Shown: positions 33,831 to 47,954, counted from the whole stretch's first letter. The stretch: DNA of 56,063 nucleotides, filler included, from Dugesia japonica (GCA_001938525.1; 5 parts of 5 records of this genome joined end to end with filler, not necessarily neighbours in it); one strand, 5' to 3'. Numbers and translations are program-made. Notes: generated by a model not told the origin, from the letters alone.

Positions 33831-34787
33831 TTAATTTTTGAAATATTTAGTCTTATATTTTTTATAAATCATGTTAGATAATAAACCTTGAGATTTTAAT
33901 TTTTTACATAAAGATTTAATTTCAGAATTTAGATTATTATGTCCAGATTTTACAGCTAAAATTAATAATGTTAACTTTTCAAATAATGCAATTGGATTTT
34001 CTTTTCCTTTTATACTTTTTATATTTTTAAGAGCTCGTTCATGATCTTCATTTTTAATATCAGTTTTTGATTTATATTTTTTATCTATTAAATATTTTAA
34101 TTCTTGATAATAATTATTTCTACCACGTGGTTTTACTATTTCTAATAAATATTTTTCTATAAACTTTTTTAAAGTATCATTTGCTGTTAAATCTCTATAA
34201 TTACCCATCATTACATTTAAAAAATCATCTTCATATTCATCTTCATAAATTGTATTATTTATTGATAAATGTTTTTTTCCTTGAATAGAAAAGAATATTA
34301 TTATTACCTTTGTATAAAGATAAAATAATCTTATAAATTTTTTATTTGGTGCTATTTCTATTTCACCAATTGTCGGGATTGCTGTTTTTGACAGTGTGTC
34401 ACCAGAATTAAGTGTAGAAGTATCTGGATAAAATGGTAATGTATCTTCTTTATTTAATATCTGAGTAATTATATCTTTAGCGAATATATTTATTGGATCT
34501 TCTCCTTCTATTTTAATTGGTTCTGTTTTAATTGGTTCTGTTTAAATTGGTTCTGTTTTAATTGATTCTGTTTTAATTGGTTCTGTTTTAATTGGTTCTA
34601 TTTTAATTGGTTCTATTTTTATAGATTTTTCAATTGCAGAGATTGTTGGTTGTTGTAAAATTGATAAGTTAGTTTGTAAATTTTGATAATCAAGAACTCT
34701 AGAACAGAAAAAATTATTATATTTTTCTTGTGCAGCAATTTGTGCTTTTAATTCTTTAATACGCTCTGCCATTTGTTTTGCATCCAT
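33831..34787 (-). pseudogene. Conserved Polinton protein with one in-frame stop
   Basis: 34542..34787 and 33831..34211 are in frame and joined by 110 open codons. The single TAA at 34542 replaces an AAA in the IKTEP array. Confidence 0.75.
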
Positions 34788-34811
34788 TTTATATACTAAT
34801 AATTTTCGGCA

Positions 34812-35402
34812 TTATGGATTTACATATTCAGTTTCAGTTTCACTTTCAGTTTCTGCAGAAACTGCAGTTTCTCGTGTTTTATAAGGATTTAAATATAAAC
34901 CATTTCCATTTTTAATTATTTTAAGACCATTTTTAAATTTTTTTGTTATATGTTTCATGTCTGGATCAATATTTTTTAAATATTTATGAATTGCTGAGCC
35001 TTGATATGGATTTAGATAAAGTCCAGTGCCTGATGTAGTTGTTTCACTTGTTGGAGTTGTTTCGCTTGTTTGTTTCTTAAGTTCAGCTTGTTTCTGTAAT
35101 TCTAGTATTTCACCTTGTTTTTGTTTATTAATAGCATCTCTAGAATTTGAAACTGTACTTGCAATTCCAGATGCAATACCAGATGTTGTTGCTAATGCTG
35201 CTATAATTGCTGGTATTGCAGCTAAGAATGCAAATCCACCATCTTTAGATTTTCTGGATTTGAGTTCATCTTTAACTTTTTTAGAAATATAATAATTTTT
35301 ATTGTTGATCTTTACAGATTTACATTTTTTAGAATTTACAATTTTAATTAATTCTTCTTCTGTTATATCATCTTTTGCACTCGTTGCACTCGTTTGGCTC
35401 AT
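34812..35402 (-). CDS. Adenovirus pX/mu-like virion protein
   Basis: GG|FAFLAAIPAIIAALA and two GxGLYLNPY motifs; homolog of 9704..10318. Confidence 0.7.
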   Translation of the reverse strand: MSQTSATSAKDDITEEELIKIVNSKKCKSVKINNKNYYISKKVKDELKSRKSKDGGFAFLAAIPAIIAALATTSGIASGIASTVSNSRDAINKQKQGEILELQKQAELKKQTSETTPTSETTTSGTGLYLNPYQGSAIHKYLKNIDPDMKHITKKFKNGLKIIKNGNGLYLNPYKTRETAVSAETESETETEYVNP

Positions 35403-35439
35403 TCTTCGCTATTTTATATATTAACAATTTGAGAGCATT

Positions 35440-35707
35440 TTAAGAGCAACTTGTTAGTAGATTGATTTTGTCTAATCTTAAATGCCATGAAAGACATTTT
35501 TCACAATAAAATTGATTTCCATGTGGCCATGTTACTGTTGCATTGTCCTCGATTATTCTTTTATCATCATATGCCATCAAGGCTATTTTATTTTGAGATA
35601 TTAATTCAATTTCATGTAATTCTGATTTTAATAAATAATTTGTTCCATAAATTATTTTCTTTGGATCTTTTAATACTGAATCAAAATCTGACATTAATAA
35701 TTTATTA
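35440..35707 (-). CDS. pPolB C-terminal fragment (truncated by the spacer)
   Basis: GTNYLLKSELHEIELISQNKIALMAYDDKRII..TWPHG matches the pPolB C-terminus. Confidence 0.85.
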
Positions 35708-35807
35708 NNNNNNNNNNNNNNNNNNNNNNNNNNNNNNNNNNNNNNNNNNNNTTAATTAATTAANNNNNNNNNNNNNNNNNNNNNNNNNNNNNNNNNNNNN
35801 NNNNNNN
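35708..35807. other. Artificial assembly spacer
   Basis: 44 N + TTAATTAATTAA + 44 N. Confidence 0.95.
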
Positions 35808-36754
35808 AAAGCTTTTATATTAAATGAATTTGGAATGATACTTAAATATTTCAAAAAATAAATTTCAATATACCAAATTAAAAAATTTCCCAGATATTTA
35901 AAATCTATGAATCACTCTTACATGCACAAAATTGCTTTTCTTTTAAATTTCTTTGCAGTAATATGTCTCGAATTGATAGCTTTTCATTTTCCGCCCACGT
36001 TAACAAAATGTTCGCACTGTTTAATAACTTCGTCAACATTTATTGGTACTCGGTCCTCAATGACATTATCTTGTTGATTATTTTGAAAAACATCTTCAAA
36101 GGTAATTTGAATATTCATTTGATTTTCGAGCCCAAGCTTAACTTTCGTCATCAAAATTCCAACCTAGACTGGCTTAAAATTTAATGTTTGGAGTTAATCT
36201 TCTATGAAACTCAGAAGCCATCATTTTCAAAATCTCATCAGTTATAATATTATTATTGTTAATTCTTTCGTNCAAAAATCATGTATATAATGCATTTTCA
36301 ACGTAAGGAACCACAACTTTTTAAAATTCGTTTCACTTTATTGAGTTTTTCATAACTTTGCAATGAAATTTTCAATAGTTTCCTTGTTGCTTTGGATTCG
36401 TGAAATTGTACTTTTATTCACTTTGCACATTTTACATATTGCACTAACCTTTATATTATCTTGATGTAGAATTTTACCTACAAACTAAATGGTTTTTTCG
36501 TCATTTTTAATAAGATTAGAATTGGGGTTCGAAATTCGACACATTTTTGTTAAAGGTCAGACTGCATTAATCGAATCAACATGAATTGATTTATGATACA
36601 TTTATAGAGACAAAGAATGTTGTATTTATAAGAATTGCATTTATCAAATTATTACTGCATTTTCTTAATAATATATCAGTGTCAAGCAACTTTTTTCAAC
36701 GATATAACCATAAAATAAAACAATAATTTTTAAAATGTAAGAATATAAATTATT

Positions 36755-39700
36755 TACTGTGGAATGTCATCATCTGTATTATTTCTTGATACAATTAAGC
36801 TTGTTGTCATAGACCCGCCTGGATGTTTCCATGTTAACTGGCGTCTAACTAAAGACTTTGGATTAACAAAATTATTTGTCGACACCTTAGATTTATTTTC
36901 ATCCCCAGTTGAAGAAACCTTCCAATTATCGGGTGTATTAATTAATCCTCGCGATGTTTCCGTAGGAGTTTGTGCTGTGTGAACATTTCTTTTAATATTT
37001 GAGGTTAACGAGGAATTGTTATTATTTTCAAAATTAAAACTTAGAGATGATTTATCTGGAACTGTTTTATTTACACCAAGTAATTCTTCGGGAGTAGCTG
37101 GTTTTCTCTTACTCTACATAAATAAAGTGAAGAAAAAAATGATAAATGAACTAACAACAGGTTTTTTGTTATCTGAATTTTGAAGCGAAAAATTGAAAGC
37201 ACTGGAATTTCTAATAAATCAAAAAAAAATTAAATTTAGATATTCACTAATTTTTACCGGGATAAATTATTGAGACCACCGGGACATTCTGAAAATTGAA
37301 ATGCAATAGATATATTTTTGTCTATATATATATATATATCATTTATGATTATTTTAACTATTAAACATTATTATTTTTATCGAAATTCAAATTTTCGACA
37401 CTTGTCTTTTTCAGGAATGATGACTTCTTGATAGATTCAATTGGATAATAGATCTTTGTTACAAAATTCTTTTATTTTATCAAAAAATTATTGGTTTATC
37501 TAAATTATACATTTTTAATTTACATTAAATTTCAAAAAATTTCTTTTAACTAAACTGAAAGCTACATTTCTACACTTCATAGAAAAAAACATGAAGAAAT
37601 ACTAATCAAAGAAAACAATCCTAAAATAAATANNNNNNNNNNNNNNNNNNNNNNNNNNNNNNNNNNNNNNNNNNNNNNNNNNNNNNNNNNNNNNNNNNNN
37701 NNNNNNNNNNNNNNNNNNNNNNNNNNNNNNNNNNNNNNNNNNNNGTCGAAATATCGAATTGTTATCTAATATCAATAAAAAACCAAAATTTTGATCAAAG
37801 CTTTTATATTAAATGAAACTGAAAATCCCCAAATGTTTATCAATTATTAATTGGATTTTGATATTTTTTATATAATTTTAAAATATTTGAAAATTTTTTT
37901 CAATAATAATTATCATAAATCAATTAAATTTTTATTATCATTGACTCATAATTTTTTAGAAACAACACTATATCAATGATAATAACATTGAAAATTTGTG
38001 TTTTTATCAATTTTCCAAATTATTTTCTATATATAATTAATATTTTATTCATGTTATATTTAAAAAAAATAATATATTAAAATATATAATTATTATATAT
38101 TATTTTTTTAAAAAATAAAAGACTATAATTACAATTATTGTGAGAATAATTGTTGGACTTAACGATTGATCGTATTTGAGATTACATTAAAATAAAGAAA
38201 AGGCTTCAATCAAAAATAAAATTTATTTGTATAGAATGAATTTCTTTACAAATAAATTTCATTATTGATCGAAGCCTTTTCTTTATTTTAATGAAATACA
38301 AAACTATATTAATAAAAATAAAATTTGTGTTTTTATCAATGGTTAAGTCCAACGATTAATCTCACAATAATTTTAATTATAAAACAAAATCTAATAAAAC
38401 AAGTACAAATATTACCAGTATCCATAGGACTTTCTTCACAATCATCTTCATCGTCAGATTCATTAGCAAAAATTCCATCCATATCAAACGGCACTGTTGA
38501 ATGTTGTAAAGCAATCCTTAGCATATCGAGAGCTTGTTCCCTTTCTTGAAATTTGGTTTCCAATTGAGATTTCAAGCTGATTTCTTGAGTTTCAAGAGTT
38601 TGGGCCAAAATTCCTTTGTTAATAGCCAACTGATAGACTTGTTCTAATAAATACTGAGCTTCATCAAGTGAACAAGTGGCTATTATATCTGAAACCGGTT
38701 CTTCCAACTGTGATTCTTCCACTTCTAAAATATTGGCTTGACATTCACTGATTTCTTCTTGAACGCTTTCAATTTGCGACTTGATGTTTGTCATTTCATA
38801 AACAATCTCATCTGTGTTCTGAACCAATTTTATTGACTATAACAACATATACCTATGAATTTACTTACTTTACCCTCTTTAACAAATTCTATACGACGAT
38901 TTTCTAATTTTTGATATTTGATTCCCAACTTTTCTCTTTCTCTAACTCGTGTTTTCATATCTTGATCAAAACTATTAATAGTATGACGNCTTATTATGGT
39001 TTTCTTTAAAGCATTTTCTATAGAATTCCATTTCGACTTTGTTAATTTAGCTAGTAAAGAATGACGCCTAGCGTGATTTTTTGGTATCAGTTTAGACTGT
39101 GATTTAAGCGTTGATTTATCACTAACTGGGGTATAACTATTTGAAGGAACTGTCACTTGTCTGTGTTTTGAAGTATTTGCACTAAATGTAGTTTGGCGAC
39201 GACGTAAAGCTTCAACCTGTATTAAATTTATTNAATAATTTTNAAAATTAACTTGNTCTTACTTCTTCTTGTTTTCTTTTCAATATCTGATTTTTCCTTA
39301 CTTTTTCCTGCTCAAGATTTCGTATTTGATTATCAGCTATTCTTTTTTCTTTCCGCAACTGCACAATTTCTTTATTACGAGTAGTTTCAACCACTCGAGT
39401 TCTTTTAGTTTCCTCTCGAAGCTTTTTGGACATTTGAACTTTCAAGCTTTTCAGGTCATTTAATTCTTTTTGTAGTAAACGTAATTCATGGTCTTTACGT
39501 TGCTGGTTTTTTAACATAATCGTGTGTTCTCGCTTAGCAGTTTGTAATTGATTTAGTTCTGACTAAATAAAGAATGAAAATTATTACACTCAAATTATAT
39601 TGAAGTTTATTATGCGAATTTTTGGTATTCATTCTTCTTTAATAACGCGTTAAAATCTTCAAGATTAACAAATAATTCATACATTTTACAGATTATTAAT

Positions 39701-42700
39701 TTAATTTAAAAACTCTACTTTCCATAAATCTTGTAAGATATTTTTTTATAAGACACTAAAAGCTAAAATATGTAAATAAAAGTATTTTCATATTTTAGCT
39801 TTTGGTCCTCTAATAAATGTACACGTACAATGTCAAAGTTACATCTTTTTTGTGGTTATATTTTATTTTTATTTTTTCTTTCAAATATATTGTTATAAGA
39901 AATTTAATTTTCTTAATTTTTAAAAAATGTTTTAATTAAATTTAATAACATTATAATATAATATATTATAATATATTATATTATTTTGGTATTTGTCCAA
40001 AAATCCAAGAAAATATAAAAATTGATTTAATATATTTTATTCAAAGTTTTATTATTTTCAAATTTTAGAGTTAGTTTTAATAGTTAATATAAAATTTTAA
40101 ACATGTAATATTGAAGGAAAACATTTAAATACTTAAACCTTTTACTATTGACCACAATTTAGTCATTTGGTTTAAGTACACGAATTCATTAGCCAACATA
40201 GGACAATAAAGTCAATATTTATTATTATTATTAATAATATTAAATAATATTAAATTCTTGTGAAATTATATCAGCAAGAGTGATAATGTAGAATAAACGT
40301 ATTTTATATTACAGTACTTATTATGATAAATCTATTTTAAAATTTTTTTTAAAACTTAAAAATTATTTTTTTAACTATTCGTTTTTAACAACAAAAATTT
40401 TTTATTTAAACAAATTTTTAACAAGCAAAGATCAAAGTTGCTGTTCTACTATTTTCAATATTTCGACATAGCTTTCTTCAGGAACTATTGTTCAGTAAAT
40501 TCTTATTACAAATTTTGACATAGAGACAGATTTTAAATAAATTTGAGTAAAATCAATTTTTATTGGTTTTTAATTATAATATAAAATTGAATAAATTAAA
40601 AACAGCAACTTTGATCTTTGCTTGTTAAAAATTTCTTTTAAATAAAAATTTTTGTTGTTAAAAACGAAATTAAGTATTCATTATATTCTACTTATTGAAT
40701 TGCTCTGTTTTAAATAATTTGGAAATACCATACATAACAAAATTATTTCAAAATCGTTAATAGGTTTCCAAATATTTAGTTACCTGAGAGAGAATATCGT
40801 AAATAAATATACATGAAAATTGATAACAAATTTATCTAAATGAAACAACATTAAACTTTCAAGCTTATTATATAAAAATATTAAAAATAATTCAGAAAAA
40901 AGAGGAAATTATTCATATTCAAACTGGAGCCATTGAAAAGCAACTATGTTAACACTTTAATTATACATAATTGTAGCGCAACAGCTATAACAAGCTTTGC
41001 CAAATATAAATGTATTCATAGCCTTCAACCATTCTTTGATCAAATCTCAATGAAGCATGCTATGTATAATTATCAATGAACACAACAATAGTGATTGTCT
41101 GAATTCATTTTTTTAATTTTGTTGATCAAAAGTTTCACTAGAACACCAACAAACAAATATAAAAATGCTACTAAATTTATGTTAGTCAATTTGAAACTTA
41201 ATGACTTGTTGCATAAAACAACCTAAAAGTACAAAAGTAAAAATTTGTTTATAATTTATAAATTTGTGACATTTGAAAATAATTATCTAAAAATGTAAAT
41301 AAAACAAATTTCATAAATCGAAAAATTAACAAAAATAAAATATCAACTTACGAAAAGATTTAAACTAGGTAACATAAAAATAAATAAGTTGGAAATTAAG
41401 AAAATAATTTAAAAATTTTAAAACAAGTTTTAATGAAAATAAAGAAACCAATCATTTTAAATAATTAAAAAAAAGTTTATGAAAAAGTTGGAATGAAATA
41501 ACATCGTTGGAATCAGAAACAAAATTTGAAACTGAGTCGATATCAAATTTTGATAAGAGTTGCATACAATCACGAAATTAAGTCATTAGATTCTGATTGT
41601 TGTAAAGAGTTGCCTCAAAAGAGTAGACAACATTAGATTTTGTTCTGAATTGATATGAAACATTATCTTTCGTCCATAAATTCACAAATGGAAACCTATT
41701 TTAAGTTTTTATTTGTTCAACTGTAATATTAATGCAGATTTAATCAATATTTTTTATTGAAATATTCTGCTGAAGAACACTTATAAAGACGTCCATTAAT
41801 TATGCCTAAGAAATTGGGGAAAGGGAGGTTGACATGGGTGGTGAGGGTTAAAGATTAATTACCTCAACAATAGCTGTATTCTTAAATGACATCATATACA
41901 TAGTTTTTCCTTTATAATGCCTGTTAACTTTATGGAAACTTGCTATAACCAATAGAATACGGTAATAGGAAAGTTGGTTATTTATGTGGGATATCACAAT
42001 AAAATACGGTTAGTTTGTAGGGAGAGAAGAGTTGAAATTTTATGACATAATTTTATAGGGGGACAAAGAAATTTTTAGAGCTGTTGAAAAGGGTAAAAAA
42101 TCAATTTATTAAAAAGCCTTAAAATTGTTGTCATAATTAATGGACGTTCTTACAGGTACAGCTGGAGTTATGATTGTAATGGCTTCGGTTATACGTTCCT
42201 CGAAATAATTTGTTTTGTGTCCGAAATTTTCTAAACCACTTTGTTGTTTCCCAGTGATAACGAAGTATTTTTCAATGACAGTCTTTTAGACAACGTGTAC
42301 AGTTTTTTTATTCTGATCCTAATGGTATCAAAATATTTAAAAAATTATTTATAATTATAATTAATAATATAGTATCTTATGAAGGAAACAATTTTCAGTA
42401 TGACGTTTAGACAATGTATAGACAGATATTTATTCTGAATCGAATGGTACCAATTTGGAAACCAATCGATAATTTTTGACCGAGAAAATAATAAACCAAA
42501 GTTCAAGTGGTTTAGTGCGCTACACCCCTTCCACTGAGAACGAAGCATTTTTCGATAGCCTTTTAAACAGTTTTTAATTCTGAGTCCAATGATACCAAAT
42601 TTGAAGCTATACGATAAAATTTGTCCAAAAAAAATCGAAACTAAAATACCGATTTTCGAACAATAAAATTCGAAATCGATTCTATTGAAAAGTATGTGCA

Positions 42701-43988
42701 AAATTTCTAAATCACTTTTTTGGCGGGTGGGTGCCGTTTAGTGCACCAATATCTACCTACTACTATGGCTTCAAATGACTAAAAAAATAAAAATGAAGCG
42801 GAGTGAAATCTTGGGATCTTGGATAAAGATAAATAAAAATGGTTTTCATAATAAATGTTAATTTTTCATAAGTATGGAAACTTGTGGGACAGCTTGTATA
42901 AATGTAAGTATTTCATTGGTTTAATGGGGCAAAAACAGATGATATCAACAACAGTTATAACGACTTTAATTTTTATATATTAATAAATATTTTAATTCAA
43001 ATTAATGTTGGTTACATGTTTAAGTTAAAACTAAAAGATAATAATTATTTACATAAATTTTTATTTATCTGTTTTACTGTGACAATTTTAACTTTTAAAT
43101 CAACTTTTTTACGTTTTCAATAAAAAAACCAACTTTTAACTGTGATAATTTTTTCTCATATTCATTTTTAACTTTTCGAACCCTCTCCTCATTTGTGACT
43201 TCTACTTCTCCAAGATTTGCCAGAACTTGATCTCTTTCCTGTTCTGTTTCTTTGATTCTATTTTGTAAGGCTTCTAATTGAGTTTCATAATGTTCACGAA
43301 TTTTTTTCAACTGCTTTTGTTTAGTTTGTAATTCACTAATAAGGCGTTTTTTAACATCGATTTCTGTAGATAAAGTAGCTAAGCTTTGATGTAAATAATT
43401 TTCAGCGTCTTGATCTAAATTATCTCAAAAATTATATAAATGAGTTATGAAATCATATTTTACTTTCTGCATCACTATCATCGTCATCATCGTAGCTATC
43501 TTCTGCATTACTGACTTCTTCAGCATCCCCATTTAAACTATCTTTATCAACATCACTTGATGCAGACGGACCTGGTGGATTTGTATCTCCAGTTTCACTA
43601 ATTGAACATATAAAGGTAGATCCATTTTCAATGTCACAAACTTCTGATTTTTTCGCTAAATAAATATAATCAAAATTTTATATTTTTATATTAGAAGTTA
43701 AACAATAACGTAACGAAATATCAAAATAAAATAAAGATCCTGCAATCAAAAAATAAAAAAAATAATTGCAAAGAAATTCAATAACAAGTAATTACTTTTT
43801 CTTCTTTTAGGGTGAACAATAAAAGAATCCCAATCGGTACTTATAGTACTTTCAAATACAGATTCATCTTCTGGAAACTCACCTGACATAGAAATATGAG
43901 CGTGCTTTGAAAATTCAACTGTGGAAGACATTGTATTAGATCTTTGCAAAACATTGACCATAGCTTCGGCTTCAGCTAATTTAGCTCT
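36755..43988 (-). CDS. KIF21: Host kinesin-4 family KIF21-like gene, coiled-coil stalk exons (spliced, partial)
   Basis: Approximate exons 43988-43795, 43657-43463, 43416-43137, 39562-39260, 39217-38870 and 38827-38412, with possible exons near 37210-36755. Peptides RAKLAEAEA, ERDQVLANLG...EYEKKL, RNKEIVQLRKE...ILKRKQEEV, ISECQANILEVEE and CSLDEAQYLL..AINKG resemble KIF21A/B as recalled. Motor and WD40 exons are not seen. Confidence 0.8.
40378..40668. mobile_element. Foldback/MITE-like element with inverted arms of about 68 bp
   Basis: TTCGTTTTTAACAAC...CAAAGATCAAAGTTGCTGTT (40378-40445) is inverted at 40601-40668; intronic. Confidence 0.7.
41784..42152. mobile_element. PIF/Harbinger-like MITE
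   Basis: Terminal inverted repeats ACGTCCATTAATTATG / CATAATTAATGGACGT with TAA/TTA flanks. Confidence 0.6.
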
Positions 43989-44039
43989 AAATGAATTTTA
44001 TTATTATTGTTGTTATTATTATTATAACTATTATTATTA

Positions 44040-44227
44040 CTAGGTATTTTATGAGCGGCAAGCCGCATCGTAATAAAAGAATGCACATAGAGAAAAATCA
44101 TTTGTAGAATATTTTTTGAATTAAATTTTTTTATGCATTATTATACTTTTACAAATGTGTCATGTAAATGTGGGCTACTAAAAGGGTTCCAATCAATAAC
44201 CAACCTTTTAGGAACCTAATTTTGGTC
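44040..44227 (-). mobile_element. Helitron-like 3' end in a KIF21 intron
   Basis: On the - strand a GCGGC-TT-GCCGC hairpin lies 11 nt before CTAG followed by T. Confidence 0.55.
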
Positions 44228-44327
44228 NNNNNNNNNNNNNNNNNNNNNNNNNNNNNNNNNNNNNNNNNNNNTTAATTAATTAANNNNNNNNNNNNNNNNN
44301 NNNNNNNNNNNNNNNNNNNNNNNNNNN
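44228..44327. other. Artificial assembly spacer
   Basis: 44 N + TTAATTAATTAA + 44 N. Confidence 0.95.
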
Positions 44328-44373
44328 ATTTAATCCCCTCCATTATCGTCTGTGTGCAATTGGTCTTGTACTA

Positions 44374-44725
44374 TTGCTTCAATCCGGCAAAACAACTTGT
44401 ATATTACTTGATGGCACCTCTAATGCAGGCAAGTTCCTTTTCATGAAGATATTCAGTGCAGGTTTATATGTAGGAAGTTTCTCATTAATTCATATGCAAT
44501 CTGAATTTTGTTTCTATAATCTTATAAATAAACAAATTGGAATTGGAAGAAGTAACATTAGATGCAAAAAATGGTGATTATTTTAAACAATTAATTGAAA
44601 ATTCTCCATTCTTTCATGTCGGTGTTAAATATGGACCTAAAGCACAATTAAAACCAATGCTATTTGGAACTATGTTTCCAGTGCCAAAGAAGCTATATTA
44701 AATCGATGTATCTATTTACCTTGTA
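44374..44725 (+). pseudogene. Parvovirus/densovirus NS1-like SF3 helicase remnant
   Basis: Walker A-like KTTCILLDGTSNAGK; a frameshifted Walker B region (IGI..EEV); motif B'-like FKQLIENSPFFHVGVKY. Confidence 0.55.
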
Positions 44726-46679
44726 CTCATGAAGTAACTCTTGATATCAATGTTAATCTTAATAATTATTTAGAAGAATTTAAAAAAGTAAAAATTGATA
44801 TGTTAAATAGTTTTTTTATTATTTATTATTTTATAAGTAAAGTTATATTATAGAAATATTCTATATTTAAACAACCACATACATACACAAATAAATCAAC
44901 AAATCAGAACATTGAGTGATAATATATGTAATTAATCTATATTTAAACATTCTTTATAAAAAAAAATAAATGCTGAATCATGCCCGTGGTTCGGTAGAAC
45001 CTTGAGGTGTAAATACTGAAACTATCCAACGAATTTTATAAACTAAATCAAATGAAATCGAGTTTTTTCACAATAACATTAAATATCAATAATTCTTTCT
45101 CATTTAAAAATTTGATATAAAGAGAATGATAAAAATAAAAACCGAAAGAATGCTCCATTAAATATTTCAACCTAAATCTAGTTTCATTAAACAGTTCCAC
45201 TTGATTCATTCAAGTGTTTCCAAAATGGGAAGAGTAAAATATTTCTCAAAAAGTAAGCTAAATTAAAAATTATAATTCGGTTATTTTATTGGAAGAACTA
45301 TGTAGATTATATAAACGTTTAGCTCCTATAAAAGTGTATACAAAGTTCAGATTCAATTTGACAGGGTCAGAAACGAAGTTTTTGATAAGTATATTATGCT
45401 GAGTTTCAGAGGAGAGTCGGTAATTTTAAATCCAGAGTGCTTTACGATTTCCTATAATTTAGAGTCTTATTCTGAGCTGGTACGAGTTGAAATAGTTTTC
45501 CTACGATCTCCCATCTAAGCAAATATGTTTGTGGACAATCTCAATATAAACTTATTTATCCTAATTACTTCGCCTGCTTTCATAGAAGTTTAGAAAATGA
45601 ATTAGTTAAATAAAAGATTAGATTACCCTCGTGATAATGAAATATTCGATTATGCAATGAAATACAATTAATTCGCAAATGTATTTGAATGATTGAATAT
45701 GAGATTGATAGTGAACCGAATTGTTATGGTTGAGTTCGTTATTATCGTTTTTTGAATGATTTTTTATTGCCTATTAAGTGTGGTCCAAACTTGATGAGAC
45801 ATGAATTCATATCATGTAACCATAAAAACAGGCAATAATTAAAAGAATTAATTAAAAATGTTTGACTGAAATTCATTCAATCAAGAAAATTAAATAAGAA
45901 AACCAAGGGCTTATAAAATATACTTTTCAGTTAAATCATACTATTATTTATACTAAGACTAAAAATGAAAATATTAAAAGAAAAATATACAAAAATCGTG
46001 AAACAAATTAATGAAATATCATAAACCAAAAAAAGGGAAATAAAGTCACTAACAAATTTATTAAGTTAGAACGCAATTCAGCCCCAGCAACAGATAATTT
46101 TTAAAAAAAGAATTGACGAATGGTCAAAGTTATCAAGAAAAAATAAAAAATATTATGAATTATAATTAAAAAACATAGATAAGATCGTCAACTTATTAAG
46201 TAAAATCAAAATGGAAGATAATGAAACAAACCAATTTGAAATAAAATCAAACCATAAAGTTGTGTTGGGGAAAGCAGACCTTAAAAAATCAAATAAAAGA
46301 CAACACAATCATACATTGCATAAAACACAAACATACAGAACACAACAAACAGCCAACCATTCAATTAAGGAATCCGATCGATTCAATGCAATCCAATCAA
46401 TCCATTCCATCAATCCACTATTCAAAGATGAAGAAAAACTAACAAAGTTATTTTGATAATACCCTATTGTGTATCGAGAATAACTTATAATTGTGACTTG
46501 TTTGTATTTTTATATTTTTATCGAATTGTATAAATCAAATTGTAATACAATTTTTTCAAATTTTTATAAATTATCGACAACTGTAAAGTTCAATTGACAA
46601 TTGAAAACTGTAAAATATTTAATCGATTATTTACAATAAAATTTGATCAATTAATCGATTTTGGATAATTATTAAAGGG

Positions 46680-46842
46680 TAATTTTATTTAATTTATGTA
46701 GCAATTTTATTTAATATTTATGATTTTATGAAAATCTTTTATGTAAATATTTATATTTAAAGCATAATTTTATTTAATTTATGTAGCAATTTTATTTAAT
46801 ATTTATGATTTTATGAAAAACTATTATGTAAATATTTATATT
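46680..46842. repeat. Tandem duplication of about 85 bp
   Basis: TAATTTTATTTAATTTATGTAGCAATTTT...ATGTAAATATTTATATTT occurs twice. Confidence 0.75.
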
Positions 46843-47954
46843 TTCTAAGTTACCCACTTATGTCAAATAAGTATAAATAGTGATCACAAATTCACTTTAT
46901 TCACCATTTTAAAAAATTTCTTAAGGTCTAATGCTTCTCGAGTAACAGACCCAGAGAAAAAATAATAACGTGATTTAATATTTAACTTGATTTGATAATA
47001 ACTTTGTATTTAAAATATTTAATTGTTAAAAAAATATTTTGAAAAAGGTCATTTTAGCTGATATTAAATAAGGTGACTATATAGCTCATTTATACACAAA
47101 TTGTTTTATANATTAAACATATTAGTATTTAAGAAACAATTATCACGATATTTATAAATAAGTATTCATTGGATTTCCTCTTTAATTAATCTAATTAAAA
47201 AGTCGTTGATTTGACTTTGCGAAATCCCAAAGACATCTAAACAGTTTTTCAAATATTAAAATGAACAAAAAGAACCTAAAATACCAAACATATCTTTACG
47301 CATTAAATTTTAATTAATTTGAATATCAACTGAAAACTAAAACAACTATTACAATAACCAAAACAAAATCAATATTATTTATTATCAATAATAAATTATA
47401 TTGATTATATTCAATTACTGATATGTGAATGATAAAAATCAGTATAAATACTGATCGGTTTTAATCATTTTTGAAGAATTAAATTCATCGAGACTCTTAC
47501 CTCTCTGGGAAGCAGCTTTTATTTGATAAAAAATAAATCTAATAGGTTCTAAGATTTCTTTGTATATTTCTAAAATCGTTGATGAAAAAGCGTGTGTTAT
47601 TTCAATTTTTAAATAAGGAAGTATTCACATATATTACCTTATTTATATACTTTTGATAATTATATTACAACTATATAATATAATATCTACATATTAAAAA
47701 AGACATAAAATTCCATAACTTAACAAACCATTAAAAGCAATAAATACTGAATCAAAACCTTTTTTGTATGATCCTATTTAGAATCTTTGTTGAATCAAAT
47801 ACCCAACACTATTATTGAATAAAGTTTTATGATAACCAAATTTATCTGGAAAAATTTATTATTTCACTCCATTGGTTTTATTTATTTTTATGAAAAATTT
47901 ATTATTTTTTCAACAAAGTGTATGCATGACCTTAGCGTTTTATTAGTATAAATA

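Larger units (their letters stand above)
23147..35707. mobile_element. Polinton/Maverick element 2 (both ends cut by spacers)
   Basis: MCP, PLA2-integrase and ATPase on +; pPolB C-terminus, pX-like, conserved protein, penton, protease, fibre-like and 2-TM genes on -. Confidence 0.92.
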
